A DNA stretch of 64,000 nucleotides, taken from assembly GCA_030141605.1 (NCBI GenBank), contig JAQGDQ010000090.1, positions 1 through 64,000 on the forward strand, written 5' to 3'. The notes beneath the pieces are model-generated. The model saw only the letters and a program-made list of their open reading frames with translations. It was not told the origin of the DNA and did not search any database. The translations under genes and the position numbers were made by a program. Positions 25,937 through 38,672 of the stretch are shown piece after piece. The DNA is from Tubiluchus corallicola. Taxonomy: Eukaryota > Animalia > Priapulida. Each line of letters starts with the position of its first letter. The stretch's first letter is position 1.

Positions 25937-27515
25937 CGTTTTTCTAATTTCTTACAATGTAACAGTAGTTCTTAACGACGCTCCTTACGCGTTTGCAATT
26001 TTAAGCGCCGTTTTAGCTACAGTTCTTACGTTTCCTAATTGATTAATCACGATGTTTTTATTTACCTGAGGAGGCAGCACAACGGTTTTGGCTATTATTT
26101 TTGACATTTCTTAGTTGAACTTATTATATATAGAACATGACTTGCAAATACACTAGACGAATCTTATACACGTGATAAGAATTAATTGATTATTAGTACT
26201 GCCTTATTAGCGCAATCTGGTAATATAAATTAAGAAATTCTTAAAAGAATACTAGTAGGCAAAATTTAGAAAAACTTTAGCTTTGTAATTTCAAAACACG
26301 ATTTCGTATCGAAGTTTAACGAGCAAAAAAAAATTAAATGAATGACAGTTACAGTTACTCGCTGACTCAGCTAGAAAAGAAGCTTTACTAAGCAAGGTTG
26401 GAACACGTTTGACCCTGTATTGCTTAAATGCTTCTATTTCAGGTTCAGTTATCGTACTGACATTAGTTTCCTCAAATGTGATATTGAAGTGTGAGCTAAA
26501 AGTTTTTACGAACTGAAAAACGACAAGTAATTTGCTTGACAGCATATGACGTAGACAATGCTCTGTGAAAGTACTAACACTTAGTCAAAGAGGCTTAGCA
26601 TGTAATAGAAGAAAAAACAGACTAGACATTAAATCTTCTGAGGGAAGCTAAATATATAATATGGTCGCACTTTTGATGAGAAACTTTAATAAATGTCGCA
26701 TCTCGGGGGTTTTGCTCTTGCTTAAAGAGGAAAAATTGTATTCAGTTTCCTTTTATAGATGATGAATGCTTGTTTAATACAATATCATATCGTCTACAAC
26801 TTGATTGAGAAGCATCAATTTTCCATCTATAGAATTATAACGTTGTCTATAGCCTTGTATCCAGCAGCGGCGTGACGTCGATCGCGTGTTAATGTCGAGA
26901 GGCGTGACGCCTGTTGGAGGGGCGGCAGCGAAAATTTCGTATAATGCGAATCTGATCCCTTGTTTCGCTTTCAAGGATATAACGGAGTGATCACGGTGTC
27001 TGCTCAGCCTCCGAAGTTGTATAAACAATGCCGAAGCTGTTCAATGAATGGATGGATCATCACAGAATTGAATACCAGCTCTATACAGTTTTATTCGTCA
27101 TACTGACCCTAGCTAGCTGTTTACCTCACTGAGTGTAGAACGTGACTCAGGTTCCTCAACTGGTTCAGGGTGTAATTTTATGGGATTAACAATGACAATA
27201 AGCTAGGCACCGGTCGCGCCACAACCATCAACACTAAGTAGTCTATGGCATTGAGTGATTGATACTAGCCTAATACAGAGTGCTGACCTAGGCCTATGGG
27301 ATTTAAATACAGATTCACAGTATTGTTGGATTCTGATGTTGGTATGAACGAACCATAAACCGTAATTTCGTAGTTCAAATTCCTATAAAAATGAAAACTA
27401 TTCGGTAATAAAAGCCGAAAAATCTGCAAATTAGTTTGTCGACTCCCCCTTCGCGTTATTTGTGTAACACGTGTAGGCCTGGAAATGAATTAAAATTCTA
27501 TTCGTTTTTTTCTAG

Positions 27516-27666
27516 GCGGGTCCCCACCAAAAGACTCTAGCAATGTTATTAAGTACAATGCACTGGTAGACATCAGAGTTTATGCTGTTGTGTCGGCTTT
27601 GTCTTCTATTGGAATACTGATGGCAGCCGTCTTTCTTGCATATAACATTGTGTTTCGCAAAAACAG
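27516..27666 (+). CDS. GABA-B-like GPCR exon 9 (stalk and TM1)
   Basis: tctag|gc GSPPKD..VYAVVSALSSIGILMAAVFLAYNIVFRKN ag|gtatac. Confidence 0.93.
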
Positions 27667-27899
27667 GTATACAGACCTCCTTATAGTCGCACGTTTTAAT
27701 CTACAAAATCAGATTATAGTTATTTGAGCATTCACTGACCTAGTTACGAACGATGAAATGAATAAGGGTATCAAGTTTAAGTGGCTAAGCATGTTTTCCA
27801 ATTATTTTATGTCGCTTAAGGCAAGCCACCTAAGCCGCGTATCAAGGTAAATTGACTCGATTCAGTAAAATGAGATGAGATGAAACAAGTTTAATTTAA

Positions 27900-28340
27900 T
27901 GTAAGGTAGGGTAAGGTAAGGTAAGGTAAAGTAAAGTAAGGTAAGGTAAGGTAAGGTAAGGTAAGGTAAGGTAAGGTAAGGTAAGGTAAGGTAAGGTAAG
28001 GCAAGGTAAGGCAAGGTAAGGTAAGGTAATTAGGGTAGGGTAGGGTAGGGTAGGGTAGGGTAGGGTAGGGTAGGGTAGGGTAGGGTAGGGTAAGGTAAGG
28101 TAAGGTAAGGTAAGCTGAGGTAAGGTAAGGTAAAGTAAGGTAAGGTAACGTAAGGTAAGGAAGATAAGATAAGGTAATGTAATGCGAAGGTAAGGTGAGG
28201 TGATGTAAGGTAAGCTACAAGTTATGGTAAGGTAATGTAATGGTAAGATAAAGTAGAGTAAGGAAAGGTAAGGTAAGTTATGGTAAGTTAAGGTAACGTA
28301 TGCTAAGATAAAGTAAAGTAAGATAAAGGTGAGGTAACAA
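27900..28340. repeat. (GTAAG)n / (TAGGG)n pentamer microsatellite
   Basis: gtaaggtaag arrays with 12 tagggs at 28031-28090. Confidence 0.97.
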
Positions 28341-28418
28341 CAGTAAAAATTACATTATAGTGAGCGAGTAAATAATCACAAAATTGACACATTTTGAGCA
28401 TTTCATCATGTATTTCAG

Positions 28419-28542
28419 AATTATAAAGACGTCATCACCCAATATGAACAGTATTATTCTAGTCGGCTGCATAATAGCTTATTGTACGGTTTTCTTTGAT
28501 TTCACTAGAGTGACAGGACCAACCGCTGTACTGTTCTGCAAG
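28419..28542 (+). CDS. GABA-B-like GPCR exon 10 (ICL1 and TM2)
   Basis: ttcag|a IIKTSSPNMNSIILVGCIIAY..LFCK|gtaag. Confidence 0.93.
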
Positions 28543-28579
28543 GTAAGTTTAGTTTATTAAAAACTCTTGTAACTCGAAG

Positions 28580-29190
28580 GTTAAATTACATTACATTAAT
28601 TAAGATACACTGAGGTTTAAAATTACAAGTAAATTATATTACATCAAATCGACATTACATAACATTAATTAAGATAGACTAAAGTTTAAATTACATTTAA
28701 AAGACAATAATTGACGTTAATATTAATCTTATTAAAATCCATTATTATAATATCTCCTCACAGCGAATACAGTAGTAATGAACTTACTAATTAAAAAGTG
28801 CATATGGTATAAAACTACATTTAAAACGTTCAGTACGGTAAAGAGGTAAAGGGTACATCAGTTGTTTACAAGGATTGCGCTTATGGGGGTTGTGTTTGGT
28901 AATAAATAATGGAGTTTACTGTCTTGATTTTAGATTGATTTAAATTTTTTTTGCAAAGGTCATTACTACGTTCAGATAAATATTCAATTTTTGATAGCTG
29001 CAAAGCATTTACACTTAAGATTAATTTTAAAATACGTTTTTGCGTTGACTCTAGTAACTTTGTCTGTTCTAATGTTAAAGAAGTATGCCATGCAGGACAA
29101 GCGTATTCCAATATTGGTCTCATTAAAGTAGAATAAACAGTGATCATACTTTCTGAGAAATACCTACTCTCTTTAAAAGTCTTATTAAGT
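28580..29190 (-). mobile_element. LINE 3' end (L2/CR1 group)
   Basis: VYSTLMRPILEYACPAWHTSLT..LESTQKRILKLI and YPLPLYRTERFKCSFIP; tail of (ttaca)n on the + strand. Confidence 0.75.
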
Positions 29191-29545
29191 AAATACGTTT
29201 GCATAATTGTGTTATGCATTAATAATTATATCAAATTCTTAAATTTATAAAGGGATATTAACTTTGCTGCTGTGGTACATCACGATGTAGCTCACATAAG
29301 ATAATCAACATTATGTAGAAGTCCATGGTACAACGCTCACAGTTATTATGGCAGGAATATTGAAAATTGACTTCAAACACATTGTTATCTTTACGTCATT
29401 GTGATCATGTCACAATGTACAAGTCGAAGCTAATTTTGTTTCTTTCGACATATTTCTACTGAACTGTTTTTTTTGGAACACTCTGTATTAGATTGGATAA
29501 ATATAGTTTTTCAATGTGCGTACACGTGCACACGTTTACTTGCAG

Positions 29546-29653
29546 CTGAATATTTATTTACTGGTTGTCGCAATGTCACTATGCTTTGGAGGACTTTTCT
29601 TGAAGACCTGGAGAGTTTACTACATATTTTCCAACCCGAGCCGTTCTCAAAGG
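29546..29653 (+). CDS. GABA-B-like GPCR exon 11 (TM3)
   Basis: tgcag|LNIYLLVVAMSLCFGGLFLKTWRVYYIFSNPSRSQR|gtatat. Confidence 0.93.
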
Positions 29654-30152
29654 GTATATAAAACTGTTAAAATAGATAATTGTAGTAACTATTATTTATG
29701 TGTGAAGAAATCGGAGTGATTCATGTTCATAACAACCAGTACAGTTCCTGGAATGTTTTATGCTAATGCCAATTAGGTCGCCGTCCCTAAGATGGCGGCC
29801 AAAATATTACTTTTTAGAACATTCGACTATATACAGTCATCCGTGGTGTGCCATTGAAGTCCCCACTTTATCCGAATAATGACATCTAATAGCCGCTACC
29901 CCATTGTGGGTCAAAATGGCATCTAAAAAGCTTTTTAGGACGTTCTACTACATATAGTTGTTCATGGTGTACCAAAATAACCAGCATGGCACTGGGAAGG
30001 TTTTAGACTGTGTCAGTTTATGTCACTCCACCCCAACATGGCAGCTAAATATCTTCGAAGATAGCACAATTTAGGACTACGTATTATAACCAAAATGTCT
30101 ACATTTAATAAAAACGTATTAATTTCGCACCTCATCAATGATGGCTAATTTA

Positions 30153-30603
30153 CAGGGGCGAAATTAATGACTATGATCAATGATGACTAATTTATAGTTA
30201 ACCATAAGGCTAACTAGGCTATAGCCTAGGGTGCTAAAGTTTGAAGGGGCGTCACATTTTAGAAAAAAATTCTTATTCTCCTCGGAAAATTCTCCTCGAA
30301 AAAAGGACGCATTTCTTATAACACACCACACGCAGTACTGAACGCAGCTTTTATATAAGTGCCACATAAGGAACAGGTGCAAAGTAGCACACAGCAAGCA
30401 GTGACGCATCCTGCTTAAATATAAGCGTTATGCAAATGCGTGAAATTAATAATTACCACGGAAAAACTAGGCTAATAGTGTTTCTAATACACCACAAGTA
30501 ATTGTTTAATCTTCTCATTACATAAATGACCATAAATTCACAATAGAGATGGACGGAACAGAACAATCAGCCTAGGGCCATGTAAAGTTTTGATACGCCC
30601 GTG
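30153..30603 (+). mobile_element. hAT-like MITE, copy A
   Basis: caggggcg...gatacgcccgtg termini; collinear with the reverse complement of 30918-31315. Confidence 0.75.
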
Positions 30604-30653
30604 TGGCTAATGATAGCTTGACATGTCTACGTATCATATCGTACACGCAGTAA

Positions 30654-30810
30654 AGTGGCGCTTACGTAGCATCCGGATGCGTTTCCACCTGAGTAATAGC
30701 TGCGGAAAAAGAACAATGCATACGCCAGGCTTCACAAACGAGTGCATTGAAAACAATATAAACCGATTTCATCTATTCCACACACCCCAAAACGCATCCG
30801 GATCGCCACT
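30654..30810. mobile_element. Small TIR element / hairpin
   Basis: Perfect 14-bp inverted repeat atccggatgcgttt / aaacgcatccggat plus agtggcg / cgccact ends. Confidence 0.55.
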
Positions 30811-30917
30811 AAAGTCTAGGTATGCTTTCTGCTCCAATGTGCTCGAGCAGAGAATCCCTTCGCGCTCCGTGGGAATGAACTTGCTACTCCAGAACGTGCT
30901 TATGACACTATTGCACA

Positions 30918-31315
30918 TAGAGGCGTATCAAGCCTTTACGACGCCTTAGGCTGATAGTTCTGTCCCGGTCATATCTATTGTGAATTTATAGTTATTTATG
31001 TAATAAGCAGATTAAACAATTACTTGTGGTGTATTAGAAACACTATTAACCTAGTTTCTACATTGGTCAGTATTAATTGCATATATTTGCATAGCGCTTA
31101 TATTCAAGCAGGCTGTGCAATTGTGTGCTTGCATCTGTCCGTTACGTGGTAGTTATATCAAAATTTTGTACTGTAACTGCCTGTGGCGTGTTATAAAATA
31201 CGCCCTTTACATGAATATGACACATTTTCCGAAGAAAACAAGATTTTTTTCTAAAATGTGACGCCCCTCAAACTTAGGCGATAGCCTAGTTAGCCTATTG
31301 GTTGATACGCCCCTG
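30918..31315 (-). mobile_element. hAT-like MITE, copy B (inverted relative to A)
   Basis: tagaggcgtatcaa...ttgatacgcccctg TIRs; degenerate 8-bp TSD attgcaca / atgccaca. Confidence 0.8.
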
Positions 31316-31530
31316 ATGCCACATATATATGCATTGAAAACATTTGATCGATCACACCAAATAAGTCCGGCGAAGCTGAGTATTTTAGCTAGTATAAAGG
31401 TATAGCAGTTATGGCAGCAAAAACACGTGAAAATGACTGCAACAGTGACAACAGCGATAGAGACATTGGAAACATTAGTCACTGCTGTAAATAGTGATCG
31501 TTTTGACTTTTTTTGGAAATTTGATTATAG

Positions 31531-31653
31531 ATAATAAAGGATCGGCAGCTCATATTTATGACTATGGTACTTCTTATTATCAATTTGGCAATTTTGATTT
31601 GCTGGGAAGTTGTGGACGCTCCAACTATCGGCATAAATGCATTGCCAAAACAG
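31531..31653 (+). CDS. GABA-B-like GPCR exon 12 (TM4)
   Basis: tatag|IIKDRQLIFMTMVLLIINLAILICWEVVDAP..PKQ|gtatta. Confidence 0.92.
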
Positions 31654-32509
31654 GTATTACATTAGATATTACTTTAAATAGTGACGTAGGAGTTCAGGGC
31701 CACATTCCCGTTTAAAAACAGGCAATTATCATTGTATAAAGTAATAAGATATTGATTTAAAGGAAGAACCAACCATCGAACAACATTTATTATTACATTT
31801 TAATGTACAATTAGAAATATCGAAGTCACAATACAAAATATGCGCATACAATGCTTTGCTTAAAAATGTAAAAGAAATTTAAATATTTCTTATCTCCCGC
31901 CAAACGAACGTTGATACCGGCAAAATTCAAAAAAATGACGTAAGCTGGTGTATGCTGGCAAGCGTGAATGCCATGAAGGCAAGCTGTGCGAAGGTACGCG
32001 TTGCAAAATTTCTACAGTTTGCTTAGAAGTTCCGTTATTCTAATGTTGTATTTAACTGTGTTTATCTAGAAATTAGTCATTCGATCAATTATGATCAAAT
32101 TCAAAGTGGCTACATTACTTTAATCTACAGGATTACACCTTAAAATGTGCAAGTAATTAACATTAATTGCGTAAATAATTAATTTACAGATTTTTGTTGA
32201 CTTTTAGATACGCATGTAAACTTGCCAGCACGTAGTAGGTGCCGGGCTGGTTACTTAGTTAGTGCACTCTATAAGTTAAAAAAGATTGTGAAGCACCTGG
32301 CGGAATAAGTGTTTATATTGCACGGAAACTGGATGACGCCATTTTTCGTCTGAAATGAGCGCGCCCAAGCGTAAATTAATCACGAACTTAAATTGATTTT
32401 ACTAATTAGACGAGATGTTTTATTGCTGAAATTTTCTAACATTTTTTCAAATATCAAAATAAGCTCAACTTGCCGAGAGACTTGGCTTTTGCTTTAATAT
32501 GAATTGCAG

Positions 32510-32656
32510 GTTTCTAGAAAGGACAGTGACACGTTCATTCAAGTGAATATACCGTATTGTTCTTCATCACACGAAGTGTACTTTTACGCTGTTCTGTGTG
32601 TGATTCAAGGTTTGCTGCTTGCGTTTGGTTGTTTCATTGCTTGGGAAATACGAAAG
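32510..32656 (+). CDS. GABA-B-like GPCR exon 13 (ECL2 and TM5)
   Basis: tgcag|VSRKD..YCSS..QGLLLAFGCFIAWEIRK|gtaaaa. Confidence 0.93.
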
Positions 32657-32699
32657 GTAAAATTGTAGATATGCTAATAAGGTTAACTTAGATTCTAAT

Positions 32700-33555
32700 A
32701 GATGCGAATAGGTCACCACTTCCTACGCCCTTCCATACCACGCGCTTATGCGCTAGCTCTGTACTAAATATTAATCACGTTGTATCCGCTGACATTCCGA
32801 GCAAAAAGGAAACTGTAAATGTGTATAAAAAGGCGGTATGGCACAAAAAAATTAACATGTATGCAACTATAATTGGTAGATATGATTTGTTTCATATTAT
32901 TCCAGATACACACCCTATTGTTTTACCTGTTGCTGCTAACAATAGAGCATTGGAGACAAGAGTCCTCAATTTTATACACGGTCAGGGCTTTTTTAAATCT
33001 CTCCTTTGTCATATAGGTTTTCTTCCAAGTGGCTTATGTCTCTGCGGACAATCACAAACACCTTTACATTTTTTGTTTAATTGCGTTCATGTGTCAGAGG
33101 AATTACGTAACACTTTTAGAGAAAATTTACAAGGCGGTTACATAACAAATATTATTCAGGGCAATTGTAGCAATAATGTTTTAGTCTCTTGTGCAGCTTT
33201 GCGATGATTCCTTCATTAAAGATCAGTTACATTCACGTTTGCAATTTCACTCCATCTGTGATAAGTGATTTACTTTTTCTATAAATAAATTGGCCAATTC
33301 ATTTTTATGATAATATTATATGTAAATTGTGATTTTTTAGCTCGTGATCAATTTTTTAGTATAATTTTCATGTGTGCATGTTTTTAATTTGTCCCGTTTT
33401 AAGCGTTTTAGTGTTTATCTAGTTAGTACGTCAAAACATTCTCGCCTGCAAATAGAGGGGTCTTTTTGTATTTGCAATTATTCTGTATATATGTCGTTAC
33501 TGTACTTATATTATATTTTATTATATAAAAAGATTTTGAATAAATGAATGAACGA
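32700..33555 (+). mobile_element. LINE 3' end with C-terminal CCHC-type zinc knuckle (I/R1-group-like)
   Basis: FIHGQGFFKSLLCHIG..CLCGQSQTPLHFLFNC; ends aataaa(tgaa)n. Confidence 0.7.
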
Positions 33556-33556
33556 A

Positions 33557-33603
<47 letters not shown>

Positions 33604-33849
33604 CTTACTGTTTCTCTCCTTTTAAAGACAGTATAGGTTACTAATATGACGTAAAAATTTAAGTTTCGGTCGTAAAACAAAACGGTGAAGACAAAATATA
33701 GTAGCATTTTTCGAAATAGTTTTAACAACAGTATTCTGTGACATTATACATTTTTCATAAAATTTCACAACTCTAAATAGTGTAGAGTCGCTACAAATAA
33801 GCACATGTGGCTAAAAAGGCAAATATCTGCTATATGTCATATGGGGTAA

Positions 33850-34520
33850 GAGCGAAAACTGCCTAATTGTAATTTTAAAATGTGTATTCAACCTTTCCAA
33901 TGCAGACGAAATTAGTTTCTATAAACAACAAGCAGAAAAGCTACCGCAGCTCTTAGAAAGTACAAAGTTTTTCAATTGAGGAGGAGATCTGAGATCACGT
34001 GATTAGCTTTACATATAAAATAAGTTCCTTTGATATTTAATTCGCAGTTATCTTCCAATCTAGAGTTAATAATGTTGCCTAAATGATTAATTTTAGTTAG
34101 CCATTACATCTAGTATTATGTTACGATAACTTACATTAGTCTTTCGTTTAGAGAATAAAATACCCTGACATTTCACCTTGTTGTTACTGATATATTCAAA
34201 ATCAATCTTAACTTCTTTACCATACACACATATACTTTGTATATATTGTACCAGTAAATGTAAGTCATCTGCGTAGGCTAATGCACCCGTAAATTGACGA
34301 CCAATGTAAAAGCCAATTATGGCGTGTTGAAGCCGTATTAACAAACTATCTAAGTAGACATTGAAAAGATGGAAGATAAAGTGACTCCTTATCTGACCTT
34401 CAAATTATATTCAGTGTACGTAGCAAATAGAAGCTTAACAATTTTGGCAGGTACGTTCCGTTTTATAAACAATTCTATTTGAGTTCAAGTTATTTGAGTG
34501 ACACAGTGGTCGATAGCGTT
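33850..34520 (-). mobile_element. LINE reverse-transcriptase fragment
   Basis: GFYIGRQFTGALAYADDL (YADD) with an upstream degenerate V.R.G..LS..LFNVYLD. Confidence 0.75.
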
Positions 34521-35109
34521 ACTCCCAGTAAATAGAATTACCACCGAATGGTCTGCTTAATGTTATTTCACTGAGTTTCATTCCAGAAACAAGAAGCAGG
34601 TTTACAATAAAAATCATCAGACATGAATTATCTGACTATTCGCCTTTTTTTCTCGTCAAACAAGTTTCATTTATTAATAAAAGCAAAAAATTATAATTTG
34701 TCAAATGAAAAATATAAATTATCAGGATTTTTTTACCAGATTTGACAAACTCACTAAATGTAATGAACTGTGATGTATTGGATATAAATATCATGTTTGT
34801 TAACTTTGTTATATTTACAGAAACATTTCGAGAAACCATAAACAAACAAACCGTGACCATAAACAATGTTCCATATGTTACATTAATGTGTAAGCAAACC
34901 TAACAACGACCAAAGCCAGAGGGGGAAAATGTTTACACGCACTTTCTTGCCAGCATAAAGCATATCATAACGCACATTTTTTGCAAGATTTACTTCAATA
35001 AATTGAATCTGGTTGAAAATGATTACACTAAACTGATGAATAAGTACCAAAACGATATTAGAAGAATTTGGAAAAAGATAAATCATATTATTACATTAAA
35101 AATACATCT

Positions 35110-35800
35110 TCTGTAAATCCATCTATAAACTAGAATTAAATAATAATCAAACACTTATTCAGCCTAATGATATAACAAATTGTTTCAACAATATTTTAAG
35201 TATAGGTCCTAATATGAGTAAAAATGTGTTTGTAACTAATATTCACTTTTCAGACATTAGATAAATCCTAATGACAAAACATTTTTATACATCCGATTTC
35301 AGTAGATGAGCTAGGGAAACTACTATAAGTTACCTGTAAATAAGTCAAGTAGGATAGTTGACATTACCTGTTAAATTCATTAAGTGTAGTAAAACTGCAA
35401 TTGCAAAAATTTTATAACAAATGCAGTTTATGAAGCGTAGTTTCACGATTCACTAAAATAGTGAGAATAATGCTTCTATTTACAAAGCAGATTCGGTTAC
35501 AATTCTGACAAATTACTCTGTGCTTAGTACTTTCTCAAAATTACTTGAAATTACCAAAATCTGTATAAACAACTGTCATTTTTCTTTCAATAGATTTATT
35601 AATTCCAAGACACTTTAGATTTTGAAAACATTTTCTACACAATTAGTTATTTCAGAAATTGAACTAGTAATTCATAGGCTACTGATAAATTAAAATTGCT
35701 ACTCTCTGAAAGAGAAAGTAGTTAGTTTTTTTTTTATCATACTAGGTGTCTCCCTTGATGAATCACTATTGAAATGGTAACATATACATATATATTACCA
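35110..35800 (+). mobile_element. Highly decayed LINE ORF2 fragment
   Basis: ITNCFNN..SIGP and downstream NY..LSTFSKLLE-like remnants. Confidence 0.5.
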
Positions 35801-35835
35801 TTTCAATAATAATTCAGCATAAATATTTATGTGCA

Positions 35836-36058
35836 TTTTGCTAATCTGTTTGTTTTTCATTATCATTAGCAACATTTACATTGAAATGTCATGTCTCTCT
35901 TATTCGTTTAATTTTGACTCATTGTAGCGTTCTACGTTACAGTAATTTTGCTAATCTGTTTGTTTTTCATTATCAGTAGCAACATTCACATGGAAATGTC
36001 ATGTCTCTCTTATTCGTTTAATTATGACTCATTGTAGCGTTCTACGTTACAGTAATTT
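35836..36058. repeat. 110-bp tandem duplication, near-identical
   Basis: ttttgctaatctgtttg...ctacgttacagtaa at 35836 and 35946. Confidence 0.95.
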
Positions 36059-36074
36059 TTTTGTTACTTTATTC

Positions 36075-36243
36075 GGAAGGAGTTTACAATTCCCTACACA
36101 ATTTAAATACCCTAACCCTAACGGTCTAGCCTGGCCGTACGCCTAACCCTAATCCAAACTGATCCTTATTCCTAACTCTAACCTTAACCCTAATGCATTT
36201 CACGAACTAATTTCTTGCGTGTGGGGAATTGTAAACTTTAGCC
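36075..36243. mobile_element. MITE with internal telomere-like (CCCTAA) repeats
   Basis: Inverted repeat agtttacaattccc / gggaattgtaaact, GG..CC ends, flanking TTC/TTC 3-bp TSD. Confidence 0.7.
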
Positions 36244-36460
36244 TTCTATTCACAGTGAGAAGCATTTAAAACACGTACATCAGGTATATGTTAATCCGTA
36301 TCTCAAAAAGCAATTAAACTTGCTGAATGTTGACGAATCAGTAACGAATTATAATTTAGTGCAAACTAATTCGCTCCCTTCTCGTCACATGACCAGAAAG
36401 ACATAAAGAGAGATAAGTCTTATTACTCGCATTAAACACTGAGGTCTTGTTTCTTCTCAG

Positions 36461-36649
36461 GTCAAAATGGCTGAGTTCAACGATTCACACCAAATAGGAA
36501 TGTGTATCTACAACGCGGTTGTGTTGGCTTTCATTGCTTTAGTTTTTGGATTGATTCTTTATGATAACCCCACGTTGGAGTATGGCATCAGATCTGGATG
36601 TATAATTGTTGGCACGTTTGCTACCCAGTGTATTATGTTCATTCCAAAG
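36461..36649 (+). CDS. GABA-B-like GPCR exon 14 (TM6-TM7)
   Basis: ctcag|VKMAEFNDSHQIGMCIYN..CIMFIPK|gtaagt. Confidence 0.95.
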
Positions 36650-37250
36650 GTAAGTTCACACAGGCTGAGAGCAACGTAAGTGAATAACACGAAGTTTGTC
36701 AAACATCACCGCAAGTTGTCTAGCCGCCATTTTGGCTACATAATAATTTAAAGTACTCAGCAAAACTAAATCACCTTTCTATCCCAAGCATTTCAAAGAA
36801 AAAAGTGCAACATGGACAACATGAAGCCGGGACAGGTCTTGGACTGTGGGCTTGTAAATAAGACTTTAAAGGGCATTCAGGGTTCTCTTCTGCATTAGAA
36901 GCGCAATGGTTCACACAGTGTGATTTTTTGTTTTTGTCTGAAGACCAGCCCAGCATGGAACAAACATGATTACAAATGGAGAAGTTTCATCTATCATGAT
37001 CATTAAAATGAATCCAGCTAATGGATGATGATGAAGACAGCAAAAATAGTGACAGCAACAACCGCGACAGTAGCAACACTGACAACAAGAGCAGCAGCTG
37101 CAGCAACTACATTAACAACAACAATGACAACGACAACAACAACAACAAGAGCAATAACTTGAACCATAGCAACAGTAGCCAAAACAAGCAGCTGTAGGAA
37201 TGGCTTCTGTTGTGCCCATAAATGTTATCATTTCATTTATTTGTTCATAG

Positions 37251-37271
37251 ATCCATTTTGTTGTAACAAAT
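37251..37271 (+). CDS. GABA-B-like GPCR candidate 21-nt micro-exon 15
   Basis: ttcatag|IHFVVTN|gtaaga; supplies the hydrophobic residues expected after FIPK. Confidence 0.5.
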
Positions 37272-37334
37272 GTAAGAGAAAAATTAGAAAAATACACCTA
37301 GATTGAGATGTCAGTTTATAAACTCTGTTTTCAG

Positions 37335-37442
37335 ATGATACCAAGTTTGACAATGTCAGTTGGAAACGTAACTGCACTTAATAAGACCTCTGCTTCTGCG
37401 GGTAGTTCAAGTTCCACAACGCATCTTCAAGTACTGCAAAAG
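37335..37442 (+). CDS. GABA-B-like GPCR exon 16 (S/T-rich C-tail)
   Basis: tttcag|MIPSLTMSVGN..SSSSTTHLQVLQK|gtaaac, phase 0-0. Confidence 0.7.
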
Positions 37443-38591
37443 GTAAACGTATTAACGTTGAAGCAATAAATCGCCTGTTTATTCAATTAGTTTTCATTAT
37501 TTCATAAAAGTGAACAAGCAGCTGTAAATGGTTTAGCATGACTAAGATGCAGGGATTCATTTGACAAGGCACAACCGGCACAGTGTTAAGTGGCATTTAC
37601 AAAAACATCCCAGAATGCGTTATGCATATGCGTTATAGACAATTTTTGTTGTCTATAAAGCACCTTATATTGTTTACGCTCAAATCACTTTATATTGTTT
37701 TCAATGCACCTGTTTACCAGACTTGCGTTATTGCATTTTGGGTCTTGCGTTTGCAGCATCTTTCCATGAAGAGCATCCAACATATGGCTAAATGTTGCTT
37801 TTCACATATAATTTTATTTTTATGGGCTACATAAAATTTTATCAAGTCCTCGCACAGAGTTCCTAAGGCAATGATGACATCCTCTTCAACCCGTGCATGT
37901 GTGGTAAAAGCCCCTGTCGTTATTTTGGTAGATAACGCATAACACATTCTGGATGTCTAGTAAATTCTGCAGGTTTGCTCTGATGTTTTCTTTTAAATGC
38001 TTTGTTTTTGTGAATAAATTAAAAAAATGAATTAGTCAAAATTAATCAAAAATTAAAAAAAACAAGGAGAAAAGAAAGAAGACGCAAGACGTTTCAAGGA
38101 ATACTATACTTTATCTTTGGGTGAAAAAAGATAAATAATTGTGTATTGTACTGTGAACACAAGATAGAAAAGCTAGAGAAATGATTATATTCTGCAGAAC
38201 TTTACAGTATTATTATAGCTCTATTAGTTTTGAGATGAGTCAGCAAGATTAAAAATACTGAAGTGTGTGTAAACACTTTCATTTTTAATATTTTGCAAAG
38301 AAATTTCAACTTTTAGTTACTAGACAAGTAAAGCAAATGTTTCGTGAGGTGTCAACAAATCCTTTCGCAAGTAAAGATTCACTTGGGCTGACCTGCATCA
38401 GTGTGAAAAAGATACACTACAAAATTGCTAAATTTCACTGAAATGAACTCTACTTGCAACTCAGCATTATAAATAAGTAATATTTGTGCTACGTATTTTA
38501 TTGTATTATATATAAATTTTACTGTATTGTGTTGTCTGTAACTTGTCTTCATCATCAATAAACTTATTTGTATTTATGTTGTTCTTTTCAG

Positions 38592-38672
38592 TGCAAAAAC
38601 TGTATGAAGGTGGAAGTGGAAAACAGGGATCTCAGATTCAGGATTGAAAAACTGGAAGCATCCATTAAATAA
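38592..38672 (+). CDS. GABA-B-like GPCR terminal exon (coiled coil)
   Basis: tttcag|CKNCMKVEVENRDLRFRIEKLEASIK*; resembles the GABA-B EN..LR..I..L coiled coil. Confidence 0.8.
   Translation, partial: CKNCMKVEVENRDLRFRIEKLEASIK

Noticed and set aside
38020-38125. Penelope-type hammerhead ribozyme on the minus strand
   Set aside because: gaaacgtc is present but the CUGANGA core is not; at most a decayed relic.
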